DNA from: Oscillospiraceae bacterium | GTDB lineage: Bacteria; Bacillota; Clostridia; Oscillospirales; CAG-272 | NCBI GenBank assembly: GCA_015063895.1 | Contig: SVTG01000009.1 | Location: 4,739 to 68,738 of the forward strand | DNA length: 64,000 nucleotides | Direction of reading: 5' to 3' | Shown: piece by piece, positions 48,436 through 58,605 of the stretch | Numbering within the stretch: position 1 is the stretch's first letter | Layout of the letters: the number at the start of each line of letters is the position of its first letter | Position numbers and translations under genes: made by a program | Notes under the pieces: model-generated | Database searches by the model: none | What the model saw: only the letters and a program-made list of their open reading frames with translations | Told to the model about the DNA's origin: nothing

Positions 48436-48534
48436 TCAAAAGAAAAAGCCGACTGCGGTCGGCTTTTTCTTTTTTTGACTTGTTTTTTGGGGAGATATGT
48501 GTTATACTAAGTGCAGTATAAAAAAGGAGTACGT

Positions 48535-49167
48535 ATGAAAACCTATTTATTTGATTTTGACGGCACGTTAGTAGACTCCATGCCCACCTACGGCGCTATG
48601 ATGCTTGGCATTTTAAAAGAAGAAAAGGCCACCTACGGGGCAGATATTTTAAAGATCATCACGCCACTTGGCTATACGCTGACCGCTAAATATTTTGTAG
48701 AGCATTGCGGCGTCAAGGCCGATCAGCAGGATCTGATCGACACGATGAACGAGCGCGCCGGGCGGGCTTACGCCACCACCATTCCCGCCAAGCCCCACGT
48801 AAGCGAGGTGCTGCACGCACTGAAGGCACAGGGCTGCTCATTAAACGTTTTGACAGCAAGCCCGCACACCATGCTCGATCCATGCTTGCAGCGATTGGGG
48901 CTTTTTGATCTCTTTGACAACGTGTGGTCGTGCGAGGATTTCGGCACGGGCAAATCCGACCCGCAAATCTATCACATGGCCGCCGCAAAGCTCGGCTGTA
49001 CTACCAAGGACGTTATCTTTTTAGATGACAATCTCGGCGCAGACACCACTGCCAAGGCGGCAGGTATGACCGTATACGGTGTATTTGACGAATCCTCCCG
49101 CGACGATGCCGATAAGATCAAAGCCGTCGCCGACCGCTATATTTACGATTTTACAGAGCTTCTTTAA
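48535..49167 (+). CDS. HAD family phosphatase
   Basis: FDFDGTLVDS, KSDP, FLDD. Confidence 0.88.
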   Translation: MKTYLFDFDGTLVDSMPTYGAMMLGILKEEKATYGADILKIITPLGYTLTAKYFVEHCGVKADQQDLIDTMNERAGRAYATTIPAKPHVSEVLHALKAQGCSLNVLTASPHTMLDPCLQRLGLFDLFDNVWSCEDFGTGKSDPQIYHMAAAKLGCTTKDVIFLDDNLGADTTAKAAGMTVYGVFDESSRDDADKIKAVADRYIYDFTELL

Positions 49168-49185
49168 AAAAGGAGGCGTAACGGT

Positions 49186-50004
49186 ATGAAATTTACCTAT
49201 CTCGGCACCTCCTCCTGCGAGGGCATTCCCGCCGTTTTTTGCAACTGCCCCCGCTGCGAGGCCGCAAGGCACCTCGGCGGCAAAAATATCAGAACGCGCA
49301 CGCAGGCGCTGATCAACGACGATCTGCTCGTGGATCTTCCCCCCGATACGCTCTATCATTTTCACACCAACCGCATCGAAAGCCACAAGATCAAATATCT
49401 TCTTATCACACACTCGCACAAGGACCATCTTTATGAGCAAGAGCTGCTTTGCCGTGCGCCGATACGCTCAAAAAATCTTGACGTGCCGCTTTTACGGGTC
49501 TTTTGCGCGCAGGGTGCCTATGATAAGCTGACAGCAGTCGATCTCAACACCGACTACGTGCAAGTAAATCTCATCAAGCCCTTCGAGCCCTTTACATTAG
49601 ACGGGTACCGCGTCACACCCCTGCCCGCCCGCCACAGCCCCGGTGACGAGGCAGTGATCTACCTGATCGAGGGCGAGAAAACGCTACTCTACGCGCACGA
49701 CACGGGCTATCCCTTTGACGAGGTCTTTGACTACCTTTCCACCAAGGGCGTAAGGCTAGATATGGCCACCTACGACTGCGCCTACGTAGAACGCTACGTA
49801 AACGACGAGGGCACGCATATGGGCATTGACAACGTACGCCGCGTGGTAAAAAGGCTGACCGACCTCGGCGTTGCCGACGAAAAAACCCTGCATTGCATCA
49901 ACCATTTTGCCCACGGCGGGCAATCGCTTTACGACGACCTGCTTGACATGGTCAAGAGCGACGGATATCTGGTATCCTACGACGGATGCGCCGTAGAATT
50001 ATAA
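49186..50004 (+). CDS. MBL-fold metallo-hydrolase (PhnP-like), paralog of 3622-4449
   Basis: YLGTSSCEGIP..CNCPRC, THSHKDH, NHFAH, YDG. Confidence 0.85.
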   Translation: MKFTYLGTSSCEGIPAVFCNCPRCEAARHLGGKNIRTRTQALINDDLLVDLPPDTLYHFHTNRIESHKIKYLLITHSHKDHLYEQELLCRAPIRSKNLDVPLLRVFCAQGAYDKLTAVDLNTDYVQVNLIKPFEPFTLDGYRVTPLPARHSPGDEAVIYLIEGEKTLLYAHDTGYPFDEVFDYLSTKGVRLDMATYDCAYVERYVNDEGTHMGIDNVRRVVKRLTDLGVADEKTLHCINHFAHGGQSLYDDLLDMVKSDGYLVSYDGCAVEL

Positions 50005-50160
50005 GTAAAAAAGCAGAGCATATGGACTGTATTCTTAAGGACAGTTTTTGAAATTAAAATAGAACACGTTACCTACCGACAGGAAAAGGACAGAGAATTT
50101 TTACGTTCTCTGTCCTCTTTTCTTGACAAGCACTGCATCTGTGGACACAGGTGCTATTTG

Positions 50161-50368
50161 TCGATATACCTCACTCTGCTCGGTTCGATATATTTGCCTT
50201 ACGGCAAATTCGATATAACCGCCCTTGCGGTCGGTTTCGATATGATATAAATCCCTCGTTTGCGGAGCAAACATATCGAGCGTAGCATATCGAGTTGCGT
50301 TAGCAACATATCGAAAATCCCGTTAGGGATTTATATCGATGCGTAGTGTCCTCAAGGGCACTACGCAT
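50161..50368. repeat. Nested TCGATAT x4 / ATATCGA x4 hairpin array (REP/BIME-like)
   Basis: TCGATAT at 50161, 50185, 50210, 50237; ATATCGA at 50273, 50287, 50308, 50333; most spacers are short hairpins. Confidence 0.75.
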
Positions 50369-50389
50369 AGGCGCTCTGCTTTTTTGCGT

Positions 50390-51307
50390 TTAATGTAACG
50401 TGAGCTTTGCCGACTGAATGCGCGGAACGGAAGGACGGCCCGAAGGATCGTAGGGGGGATTATCCGTCATTTCACGGGTAACACCCATAAAATAGCTGCT
50501 TTCCATGCCCTCGATCGTAATCGTGCTCCCCTCCAGCGTCACGATGCAATGCAGCGGATCGTTCCACACCAGGCTATGCGGCATATCCGCGTATTGATCA
50601 CACAGCTCACGCGGAAAATGATTATGCGGCACGGTAAGCCAATCATAGCCAACCGAGCACACCTCAAAATAACAAACGTTATCAAGAATACGAATATGGT
50701 CGCGATGATAGTGACCGTTGATGGCCAACAGCACACTGTGGGGCTTTTTACGGTTGGCCTCGTTGATGATAGCGAGAACCTCACGGCGGTTATAAGCCCC
50801 CACAGCCTCACGCTCAAAGCTGTCGTGGCTGATGAGCACGCAAGGGTACGGGGATTCCCCGATCGTTCTCCTCAGCCACGCGATCTCCTCGGGAGGTAAG
50901 CAATATTTCTGCTCTTTTTTGCCGAAATAATTACGCATCTCGCAATGCACGTAGCGACCGTTTTCGTAAAAATAATTGGTATCGGTGCAAACAAAACGGT
51001 AACCCTTGCAATCAAAATAATAGTAGGATGCGGGCATTCGATAGCACTGAAGCATCTCGGAAAGCGGCGTAAAATCCGCATCATGGTTGCCCAAAACGTG
51101 ATAAGCGGGAATACCGCAGGCATTATACCGCTCAATAAAGGCGGGGGTTTCAGGGGAGGTTAGACCGTGGCAGAAATCGCCTGCGTGAATGATAAAATCC
51201 ACACCCGCCTGCGCGGCGTGAGTAAGAATGGCGTCAAGCTGCGCGTCGGTGCCGCTCATCAGGTCACCGGGAAAATGATGTAGGTCGGAAAAGAGTAAAA
51301 ATTTCAT
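50390..51307 (-). CDS. Calcineurin-like metallophosphoesterase
   Basis: SDLH, GDF, GNHD, NGHYH. Confidence 0.88.
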   Translation of the reverse strand: MKFLLFSDLHHFPGDLMSGTDAQLDAILTHAAQAGVDFIIHAGDFCHGLTSPETPAFIERYNACGIPAYHVLGNHDADFTPLSEMLQCYRMPASYYYFDCKGYRFVCTDTNYFYENGRYVHCEMRNYFGKKEQKYCLPPEEIAWLRRTIGESPYPCVLISHDSFEREAVGAYNRREVLAIINEANRKKPHSVLLAINGHYHRDHIRILDNVCYFEVCSVGYDWLTVPHNHFPRELCDQYADMPHSLVWNDPLHCIVTLEGSTITIEGMESSYFMGVTREMTDNPPYDPSGRPSVPRIQSAKLTLH

Positions 51308-51427
51308 ACTGGCTCCTTATACTGACGCTTGACTGCAAAGGCACTTTTTAGCAGCGCTTACAGGCACGCAAGGTGCCCTGCGAGGTATTTTATGAAAATT
51401 AGATACGCAACGGGGCAAAAATATCCT

Positions 51428-52378
51428 TTAATGCCCTACACACTCACCTTTTTCGTAATCACGCATAAAGCGTTCACAAAAGCCGTCGTCAGGGATAAGT
51501 CCTACCTGCCAAAGCGCCTCTACAGCGCCACCGTAAATAGGGGGCACGTGAGAATACACAAACGTTACGTCCGCAGGAGAAAGCGCCCGTACAGCCTCGG
51601 CATATTCGGGAAAATGCGTAAAAATTCCACCGTTGAGCACCAACGTAAACGCACATCCCAAACGCTTGCGAGCAGACCAAACTACGTTGGCAAGATCGGC
51701 AGCGCAGGTGTTAAAGATACCGCGCGCCACCAGATCTCCCTCTCGACGGGCCTGAAAAACCGTGGGCGCAAACGAGGCAACGTAGGCGCGCCCCTTGGCA
51801 TAGATCTCTACAAGATTACACCACATTTCAGTGCCGGCCTGCTTGTCCAGCAGCTCGGTCAAGCGCGTTTGCTCACCGCTGCCATCATGCGCACGCAGAG
51901 CCGCCTGTATGGCATAACGCCCAAGCGTAAAGCCGCTGCCGCAGCTATCGATCAGATGACCGCCCCCACCAAGATGCGTTTGCAGCTCACCCTGACGGAT
52001 ATATAGCGCCGAGCCCGTGCCGCAGATAAGCCCCGCGCCATCCCGATGCCCCAGTACACCGGAGATCAGGCAATAGCCGTCCCCCTCAATGCGCATGGAG
52101 GGGATGTTAAAATTCTCTTTGAAAAAGCCCTCAAACTCATCGGGGTAATACTGTACCGAGGCGATCGCGGCATAAAGCGACTCCACCGGGCCATCGGCCA
52201 CGGCGAGCAGCTTATCTAACGTATGCTTGCAATTTTGCTGCGTGCGCGCCACGCCGTTTTCAAAGGGCGTTCCCGCAGGATCTACTACCCTTGCCACTAT
52301 TTCGCCTGCTTGCGAAAAAAGCACGGCCTCCGCTTTCGTTCCTCCCACGTCAAGGGCGGCAAAATATCGTTTTGACAT
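51428..52378 (-). CDS. BadF/BadG/BcrA/BcrD-type (N-acetylglucosamine kinase-like) sugar kinase
   Basis: LDVGGTK, ICGTGS, GGGHLIDSCGSG, LNGG. Confidence 0.8.
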   Translation of the reverse strand: MSKRYFAALDVGGTKAEAVLFSQAGEIVARVVDPAGTPFENGVARTQQNCKHTLDKLLAVADGPVESLYAAIASVQYYPDEFEGFFKENFNIPSMRIEGDGYCLISGVLGHRDGAGLICGTGSALYIRQGELQTHLGGGGHLIDSCGSGFTLGRYAIQAALRAHDGSGEQTRLTELLDKQAGTEMWCNLVEIYAKGRAYVASFAPTVFQARREGDLVARGIFNTCAADLANVVWSARKRLGCAFTLVLNGGIFTHFPEYAEAVRALSPADVTFVYSHVPPIYGGAVEALWQVGLIPDDGFCERFMRDYEKGECVGH

Positions 52379-52422
52379 CTTAAGCTCCCGGGCAGCCCCC
52401 ATGGCGGGGCGCTGCCGAATAA

Positions 52423-53355
52423 TTACTTTTGATCCTTAACGGTTTCCGCAAATGCAGTAGCTACCCCTGCCATCGATTGCAGATCCGACGGAATAATGAT
52501 CTTAGTCGCCTGTCCGTCAGCCACCTTGGCAAGCGCCTCAAAGCTCTTCAGAGTCAACACCTCACGGCTGGGATCGGCCTCCTTCAGCATACGGATACCC
52601 GTTGCCGTCGCCTCCTGCACCTTGAGAATTGCCTCTGCCTCACCCTCAGCCTCGCGGATCTTTACCTCACGCTCAGCCTCAGCGCGCAGGATCGCAGCCT
52701 GCTTTTCAGCCTCAGCGTCAAGGATCGCCGACTGCTTACGGCCCTCTGCGAGCAGGATAGCCGAATTCTTTTCACCCTCGGCACGCAGAATCAGCTCACG
52801 GCGCTCACGCTCAGCCTTCATCTGCTTTTCCATGGCGTCCTGGATCTCGCGGGGCGGAATAATGTTTTTGAGCTCCACACGGTTCACCTTGATGCCCCAA
52901 GCGTCGGTCGCCTCGTCAAGAATGGTGCGCATACGGGTGTTGATGGTATCACGCGAGGTCAGCGTGCCATCAAGATCCAACTCGCCGATCATATTACGCA
53001 GCGTGGTTGCCGTCAGATTTTCAATGGCAAAGATCGGGTTGGTCACACCGTAGGCGTACAGCTTACAGTCGGTGATCTGATAATACACGATCGTGTCGAT
53101 CTGCATGCGCACGTTATCCTTGGTAATCACCGATTGGGGTGGGAAATCAACGACCTGCTCCATCAGATTGACACGCTTGCTGATACGGTCAATAAAGGGA
53201 ATTTTCAGATGAAGGCCGTTTTTCCAGGTCTCCTGGTACGAGCCAAGACGCTCTACTACGTACGCGTGTGCCTGAGGCACCACGTGAATGTTCGTGATCA
53301 TCGCGATCAGCACAAATGCGGCAATGATACAAAGTGCAATAACAAGTCCTGTCAT
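52423..53355 (-). CDS. SPFH/Band 7 (QmcA-like) protein
   Basis: VVERLG, VITKDNV, LRNMIG, WGIKVNRVE, AERERR. Confidence 0.92.
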   Translation of the reverse strand: MTGLVIALCIIAAFVLIAMITNIHVVPQAHAYVVERLGSYQETWKNGLHLKIPFIDRISKRVNLMEQVVDFPPQSVITKDNVRMQIDTIVYYQITDCKLYAYGVTNPIFAIENLTATTLRNMIGELDLDGTLTSRDTINTRMRTILDEATDAWGIKVNRVELKNIIPPREIQDAMEKQMKAERERRELILRAEGEKNSAILLAEGRKQSAILDAEAEKQAAILRAEAEREVKIREAEGEAEAILKVQEATATGIRMLKEADPSREVLTLKSFEALAKVADGQATKIIIPSDLQSMAGVATAFAETVKDQK

Positions 53356-53386
53356 GTTCTTTCTCCTTTTTCTTTTTGTTTTGCGG

Positions 53387-53806
53387 TTATTTTACGATCA
53401 TTTTGACACCACGAATCTCCAGCACCTCTACCTCCTCGCCCACCGCAATGATGCGCGCGGGGTCAGCGGCACGGGCAGACCATCTGAGGCCATTCACCTT
53501 CACCTCACCCGTTTCCCTGATATTACAGATCTCCTCTGTAACCAAGGCAGTGGCACCGATCAGTGCATCGGCGTTGGTTTTGGCATTTTTGCCCTTAACC
53601 AGCTTTTTACACAGCGGACGGGTCGAGAATACCAGGGCAAGCCCCAGACATACAAACACCAGAAGCTGTAACGGAACGGGCACGTGGCAAAAGGCCAGGA
53701 TCATGCAGACAAGTGCGGCCGGAAAAAACCAGATCGCCACAAGATCTGCCGTTAACGCCTCGACCAAAAGGGCAATGGCCAATACGGCGATCCAAAAATA
53801 TTGCAT
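53387..53806 (-). CDS. NfeD family protein
   Basis: TMs plus a C-terminal OB fold (GEVKVNGLRWSA); paired with SPFH. Confidence 0.88.
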   Translation of the reverse strand: MQYFWIAVLAIALLVEALTADLVAIWFFPAALVCMILAFCHVPVPLQLLVFVCLGLALVFSTRPLCKKLVKGKNAKTNADALIGATALVTEEICNIRETGEVKVNGLRWSARAADPARIIAVGEEVEVLEIRGVKMIVK

Positions 53807-54007
53807 ATTTCTACCTCCTTTCGGGCTCTACAATACCTTTATGTATTCAGTATACCATTTTTACCCGATCACTGTCAAGTTCAACCAAAGCAGATTTTCA
53901 GCAAAGAAAATCAACCAAAGCGTTTTTTTGAAGCTCAGCACCTCCACGGTGCTATTTTCACCCCAATAGCGCGCGCTAAGACACCTTTTTCACACTTTTT
54001 ACATCAT

Positions 54008-56647
54008 TTAGTAAAGCGACTCCTTACCGCGCAGACGGCGGAACACGGTATCCAGCCACCCCAGCGGCAGCACGACCGCGGCAAGGCACAGGGTGAGTGC
54101 CAGCTCACGCAGCGTCAGCGGCACGGTGCGCAGCACACTGCCACCAAGATATACAAAGCAAAGCTGCACCGCAGCAACGGCACACATGATCAGCATAAAG
54201 GTGGGATTTTTAGAAAGGCCTGCCAGCAAATTGACACGGTCGGTGCGTGCATGGAAGCAATGAAAGACCCCTGCAAATATGAACAGCGCAAAAAAAGCCG
54301 TCAGCAAGCAAAGCGCGTTTGGCATCACACGAAACTGCGCCCGTACAAAGGGCAATTTCAAAAACAGCACAAAGAGCACCACCGTAGACAGTGATAAAAA
54401 GGCAATACGTGCCGCAATATCCCCCGTAATGATCGGCTCGTCACGCCGTTTGGGCGGTTCCCGCATATAGTGCGGCATCGGTGCTTCGCCTGCAAAGGCA
54501 AGACCGCCGAGCGTATCCATGATCAGATTGATCCACAGCATTTGTACCACGGTAACGGGTGCATCAACACCGATAAAGGGACCGATGATCGAAATGCCCA
54601 CTGCACAAAAATTCATGATCAGCTGCAGCGTGATAAATTTTCTGATGCTTTTAAAAATTGTACGCCCGTACAGTACGGCTCGGCAAAGGGAGGATAGGTT
54701 ATCGTCCAGCACCACCACGTCACCCGCCTCCTTGGCAACCTGCGTGCCGCTCCCCATGGCAAACCCTACATCAGCACTTTTCAAGGCGGGGGCATCGTTG
54801 ATGCCGTCACCCGTCATACCTACCACCAAGCCTTTTTCCGCACACAATCGTACCAAACGGCTTTTATCACGCGGCAGGGCGCGTGACACCACAGCGAGGC
54901 GCGGCAACGCCTCGGAAAGTGTCTGATTGTCCATAGCAGCAAGCTCACTTCCATCAAGGCAAAGGCTGTTTCCCGAAACCAACCCGCACTCGCGTGCAAT
55001 GCGTACAGCAGTTTCCTTACCGTCACCCGTCATCATCACGACCTGCACGCCTGCACGCTGCAGCGTTTCAACGGCACCGCGCGCCTCGGGGCGGCGTGGG
55101 TCTGCAAAGGCAACCGCGCACAAAAGCGTCAAGGGCGGCAGCGCCTCCCCCTTTGGCATCGCGCTTCCCTGTGCCAATAACAGCACACGCTCTCCATTCT
55201 CCATATGCGCACGCAGCCGTGCATAAAAGGCCGCCTTCTCAAAGGAATCTGCCTCCTGTGCGTGTACCTGTGCTTTTGTAATGAAGGGCATCAATCGTTC
55301 GGGAGCGCCCGTCACAAAAACGCGTCCGTCTGAAAGCGCCGTTGCCGAAAATTTGCGTACACTGTCAAACACCAGCCGTTCACGCACGGAAAACGGCGGC
55401 ACGGGTGCCGCCAAAAAGGCCTCCAGCAAGGCACGGTCGGTGCTGTTGCCCCCCAGAGCCACGGGGCGGCCGTCACGGACTCCGCGCTCGGCACCGTTAT
55501 TGGCCACAGCCGCGAGTGCAACCCGATCCCCCAGCGCACGCTCCGCTGCACAAAAGGCGCGATAGCTTGCGTATTCTCCCGCCGCTGAAAGGTAGCAAAC
55601 AGGGGTAAGACGCCCTGTAGTCAGCGTACCCGTTTTATCGGTAAATAGAATATTCATACTTCCCGCCGCCTCAAGCCCTGCGGGCTTGCGCACCAGCACG
55701 TGATCACGCGTCATACGGCGAATATTGCCCGAAAGCACCACCGCGATCATCATCGGCAGTCCCTCGGGCACCGCCACCACCACGACCGTGAGTGCCAGCA
55801 TCAGCGCCTGCAGGCCAAGCGAAGCCATATACCGAGCATCGCGCACACGCAGAAGGGTTTCGGGCATATAAAAGTCAGCGTCTATTACTAAGCGATGAAA
55901 CAAAAAGGCTATCGCACAAACAGCAGCCGCCACGTATCCCACACGGCTGATCACACGTGCAAGTTCGCGCAAGCGAGTCTTGAGTGGGCTCTCCCGCTCC
56001 TGTTCCTGCAGCTCACCCGAAATGCCGCCGATCATGGTGCCGTCTCCCACGGCACACACCAGCATCTCAGCCGAGCCCGAAAGCACCACGCTACCGCAAA
56101 GCAGTATATGCTTTGCCACGGGATCTGCCGAAAAATCCAACCCGTTTGGCACCTTTTCTATTTCCCTGCTCTCCCCCGTCAAGGCTGCCTGATCTACTGT
56201 AACACTACCGTATAACAGCACGCCGTCAGCGGGGATCCGATCGCCTGCCGACAGTAGCACCACGTCACCCACCACGATCTCCTCGGAGGCGATTTCCATC
56301 ACCTCACGGCGTCTGGCGCGACATTTTGCGGTGCCGCACGTTTCGCACAAACGCAAAAAAGAAGCCTCACTCCCGTATTCCGAAGCCGTAGAGATCAACG
56401 TAGCCAGCAAAACCGAAACGGCAATACCGACGGTTTGCGGCCATTCGTGACTGCGCGCAATAAACAAAAGATTAAGCACCAGGGCCGCGAGCAAGATCTT
56501 AATTACGGGATCGCCAAGATTGGCAAGAAACCGCCGCCAGAAGCCCAAGCGCTTTTTGCTGCTCAGTACGTTTGCCCCGTGCGCGACACGCGCACGCGCA
56601 ACCTCGCCCTCATCAAGCCCCTGTCTTACCTGCATCAATTCTGTCAT
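54008..56647 (-). CDS. Calcium-translocating P-type ATPase (YloB/PMCA-like)
   Basis: LTGES, AVPEGL, DKTGTLT, TGDG, GDGINDAPAL, LWINLIMD. Confidence 0.9.
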   Translation of the reverse strand: MTELMQVRQGLDEGEVARARVAHGANVLSSKKRLGFWRRFLANLGDPVIKILLAALVLNLLFIARSHEWPQTVGIAVSVLLATLISTASEYGSEASFLRLCETCGTAKCRARRREVMEIASEEIVVGDVVLLSAGDRIPADGVLLYGSVTVDQAALTGESREIEKVPNGLDFSADPVAKHILLCGSVVLSGSAEMLVCAVGDGTMIGGISGELQEQERESPLKTRLRELARVISRVGYVAAAVCAIAFLFHRLVIDADFYMPETLLRVRDARYMASLGLQALMLALTVVVVAVPEGLPMMIAVVLSGNIRRMTRDHVLVRKPAGLEAAGSMNILFTDKTGTLTTGRLTPVCYLSAAGEYASYRAFCAAERALGDRVALAAVANNGAERGVRDGRPVALGGNSTDRALLEAFLAAPVPPFSVRERLVFDSVRKFSATALSDGRVFVTGAPERLMPFITKAQVHAQEADSFEKAAFYARLRAHMENGERVLLLAQGSAMPKGEALPPLTLLCAVAFADPRRPEARGAVETLQRAGVQVVMMTGDGKETAVRIARECGLVSGNSLCLDGSELAAMDNQTLSEALPRLAVVSRALPRDKSRLVRLCAEKGLVVGMTGDGINDAPALKSADVGFAMGSGTQVAKEAGDVVVLDDNLSSLCRAVLYGRTIFKSIRKFITLQLIMNFCAVGISIIGPFIGVDAPVTVVQMLWINLIMDTLGGLAFAGEAPMPHYMREPPKRRDEPIITGDIAARIAFLSLSTVVLFVLFLKLPFVRAQFRVMPNALCLLTAFFALFIFAGVFHCFHARTDRVNLLAGLSKNPTFMLIMCAVAAVQLCFVYLGGSVLRTVPLTLRELALTLCLAAVVLPLGWLDTVFRRLRGKESLY

Positions 56648-56672
56648 TTTTTCCCCTCCTTGTCACTACATA

Positions 56673-56701
56673 ACTGTATGCAAAGAGGCATCTGAAAATG
56701 C
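56673..56701 (-). promoter_or_regulatory. SigE-type promoter
   Basis: The minus strand reads GCATTTT-N14-CATACAGT. Confidence 0.5.
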
Positions 56702-56738
56702 AACAGGGCGGCAACAGCTGTTGCCGCCCTGTTGATGA

Positions 56739-58364
56739 TCACTGTTTCGGGATCGTATTTTCCAATTTTTCGTGATGGATCACGTCACCGCCGAAAATCT
56801 CCTGTTCCCCGAGAAGCGCACACAGCGCGTCTGCCGTACCGTCAAGATCGTAGGTGGTCAGATTGAGATGCAGCACATCGTTTTCGTGTATATGTCCACC
56901 CGTATAAAAATGCCGATCGGCATTCTCCTGCTTGACGGAAAGCAGCTTACAGGAGGGGGGCCAAAGAATATCGCGCGGCTCCTTGCCAATGGCAAAGCTC
57001 CCCGGCATTGCCTCCACGGTAAGGTCAAGCACGTGTAGAGTCTTACCCGCGTTTTCGCGATGGATCTCACGCTCCATGGCAATCTCGTTGATCGAGTTGG
57101 CACCGACCGCTTCAACCATAACGTAAGCAATGATCACACCAAGGAAGATCGGCAGCACGTTACCGAAGCCCGACAGCGCTTCAATCGCGAAGGCCATCGC
57201 AGTCAGAGGCGTGCGTACGGACGCCGCAAAAAACGACGCCATGCCCACCACCACAAGCAGCATGAAGTACTGCCCGTCAAGCAGCCCGAGGGCGACAAGC
57301 ACCTCGGCAATGACCGAGCCGATCAACGCACCAAAGGAAAGCAAGGGGGTAAACAAGCCGCCCGTTGCACCCACGTCGTTTGACAAAATGACCAAAAGCG
57401 AGCGCACGACCAGCAGGATCAGCGCCGTATACCACGCCACGTGATTATGGAGCAGTGCCTCGATCAGGTGGTGACCCGTACCGATCGCCTCATAGTAAAC
57501 GCAGCCGATGATCGCCACAACGGCAAATACGGGCGCCACCTTAAAGAAGGTGTGCCATTTTTTCAGCTTTTTGTGCAAAAGCCCACGAATGGCGTGCGTA
57601 CATTCACCAAACAAATACGCAAATCCACCGCAAAGAAGTCCGACGGGGATCACCACCCAGATAAGAGAGAGCGGCAAACGCGCCGCAATGGTGAACGAAA
57701 ACAGCGCACTGCTTTTGCCAAACAAAAAGCAAAGCAATTCAAGCGTGCCCATGCCGCACAATACGCTGCTGACCGAAGACATGATCAAAAGCGGTGAAAA
57801 ACGGCTATGACCCTCTTCAAGCCCAAACAATACTGCCGTGACGGGTGCACAGGTGGCAGTGGCAAAGCCTGCGGTCGCGCCGCCCGTCATCAGATACCGC
57901 TCCCATGCGCGGTGATTTTTACCAAGCACGCGTGCCGTACCGCTACCGACGGCCGTACCCATCTGCACCGCAGGCCCCTCGTCGTTGCCGAGCGGAATAC
58001 CGCACAAATACGACAGCAGCGCCGACGTAAATACGAAAATAATATTACGCAGCCAATGGAATGTAATAAGACCGCGGATCAGTGCCACAGCCGTCGGGAT
58101 ACCGCCGCCACGCGAATGCGGTGAATACGTCAGACACAGCGATACCAATAAAGCGGCGCCAACAGCACAAAGCACCACAAGGGGTGCAAAAACGGGGTTC
58201 TCATGCGCAAAGGCAAAGATATGGTGAGAAACCTCAATCACACCCTCCGAAATAACACGGAAGGCGAAGACGATCACACCCGTTATCATACCCGTTACTC
58301 CCGCAAATACGACGCAGGGCCAGAGTATGTTTTGAATTTTATGCTTTAACTTCTTTTCTTTCAA
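56739..58364 (-). CDS. ClC family chloride channel/antiporter with TrkA-C-like tail
   Basis: GGGIP, GNDEGP, GGLFTP, VRTPLT motifs. Confidence 0.85.
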   Translation of the reverse strand: MKEKKLKHKIQNILWPCVVFAGVTGMITGVIVFAFRVISEGVIEVSHHIFAFAHENPVFAPLVVLCAVGAALLVSLCLTYSPHSRGGGIPTAVALIRGLITFHWLRNIIFVFTSALLSYLCGIPLGNDEGPAVQMGTAVGSGTARVLGKNHRAWERYLMTGGATAGFATATCAPVTAVLFGLEEGHSRFSPLLIMSSVSSVLCGMGTLELLCFLFGKSSALFSFTIAARLPLSLIWVVIPVGLLCGGFAYLFGECTHAIRGLLHKKLKKWHTFFKVAPVFAVVAIIGCVYYEAIGTGHHLIEALLHNHVAWYTALILLVVRSLLVILSNDVGATGGLFTPLLSFGALIGSVIAEVLVALGLLDGQYFMLLVVVGMASFFAASVRTPLTAMAFAIEALSGFGNVLPIFLGVIIAYVMVEAVGANSINEIAMEREIHRENAGKTLHVLDLTVEAMPGSFAIGKEPRDILWPPSCKLLSVKQENADRHFYTGGHIHENDVLHLNLTTYDLDGTADALCALLGEQEIFGGDVIHHEKLENTIPKQ

Positions 58365-58605
58365 GATGACCTCCCCCGCACCGGGCGGATTTACAGCGTT
58401 GCTTTCAGGCTTTCATTATACTCTTTTTCGCTTTTTTTGTCAACCGATATTACACATTCTGATCATTCTATCACTATTTGGAATATATCAAGATACCGAT
58501 GCTACCGTTATTTTCCGTATCCCCCTTTAATTTTCTCCTGTTTTCTCTTGAAAAAGGGCAGGAGATATGCTATAATTTCTTTGATCGTTATTTCGGGAGG
58601 ATCGT

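Noticed and set aside
50161-50339. CRISPR-like repeat/spacer array
   Set aside because: The repeats are only 7 bp, flip orientation midway, and the spacers are short self-complementary hairpins.
56739-58364. CLC-F fluoride exporter
   Set aside because: Lacks the GNNLI/GREGT signature; no fluoride riboswitch recognised upstream.
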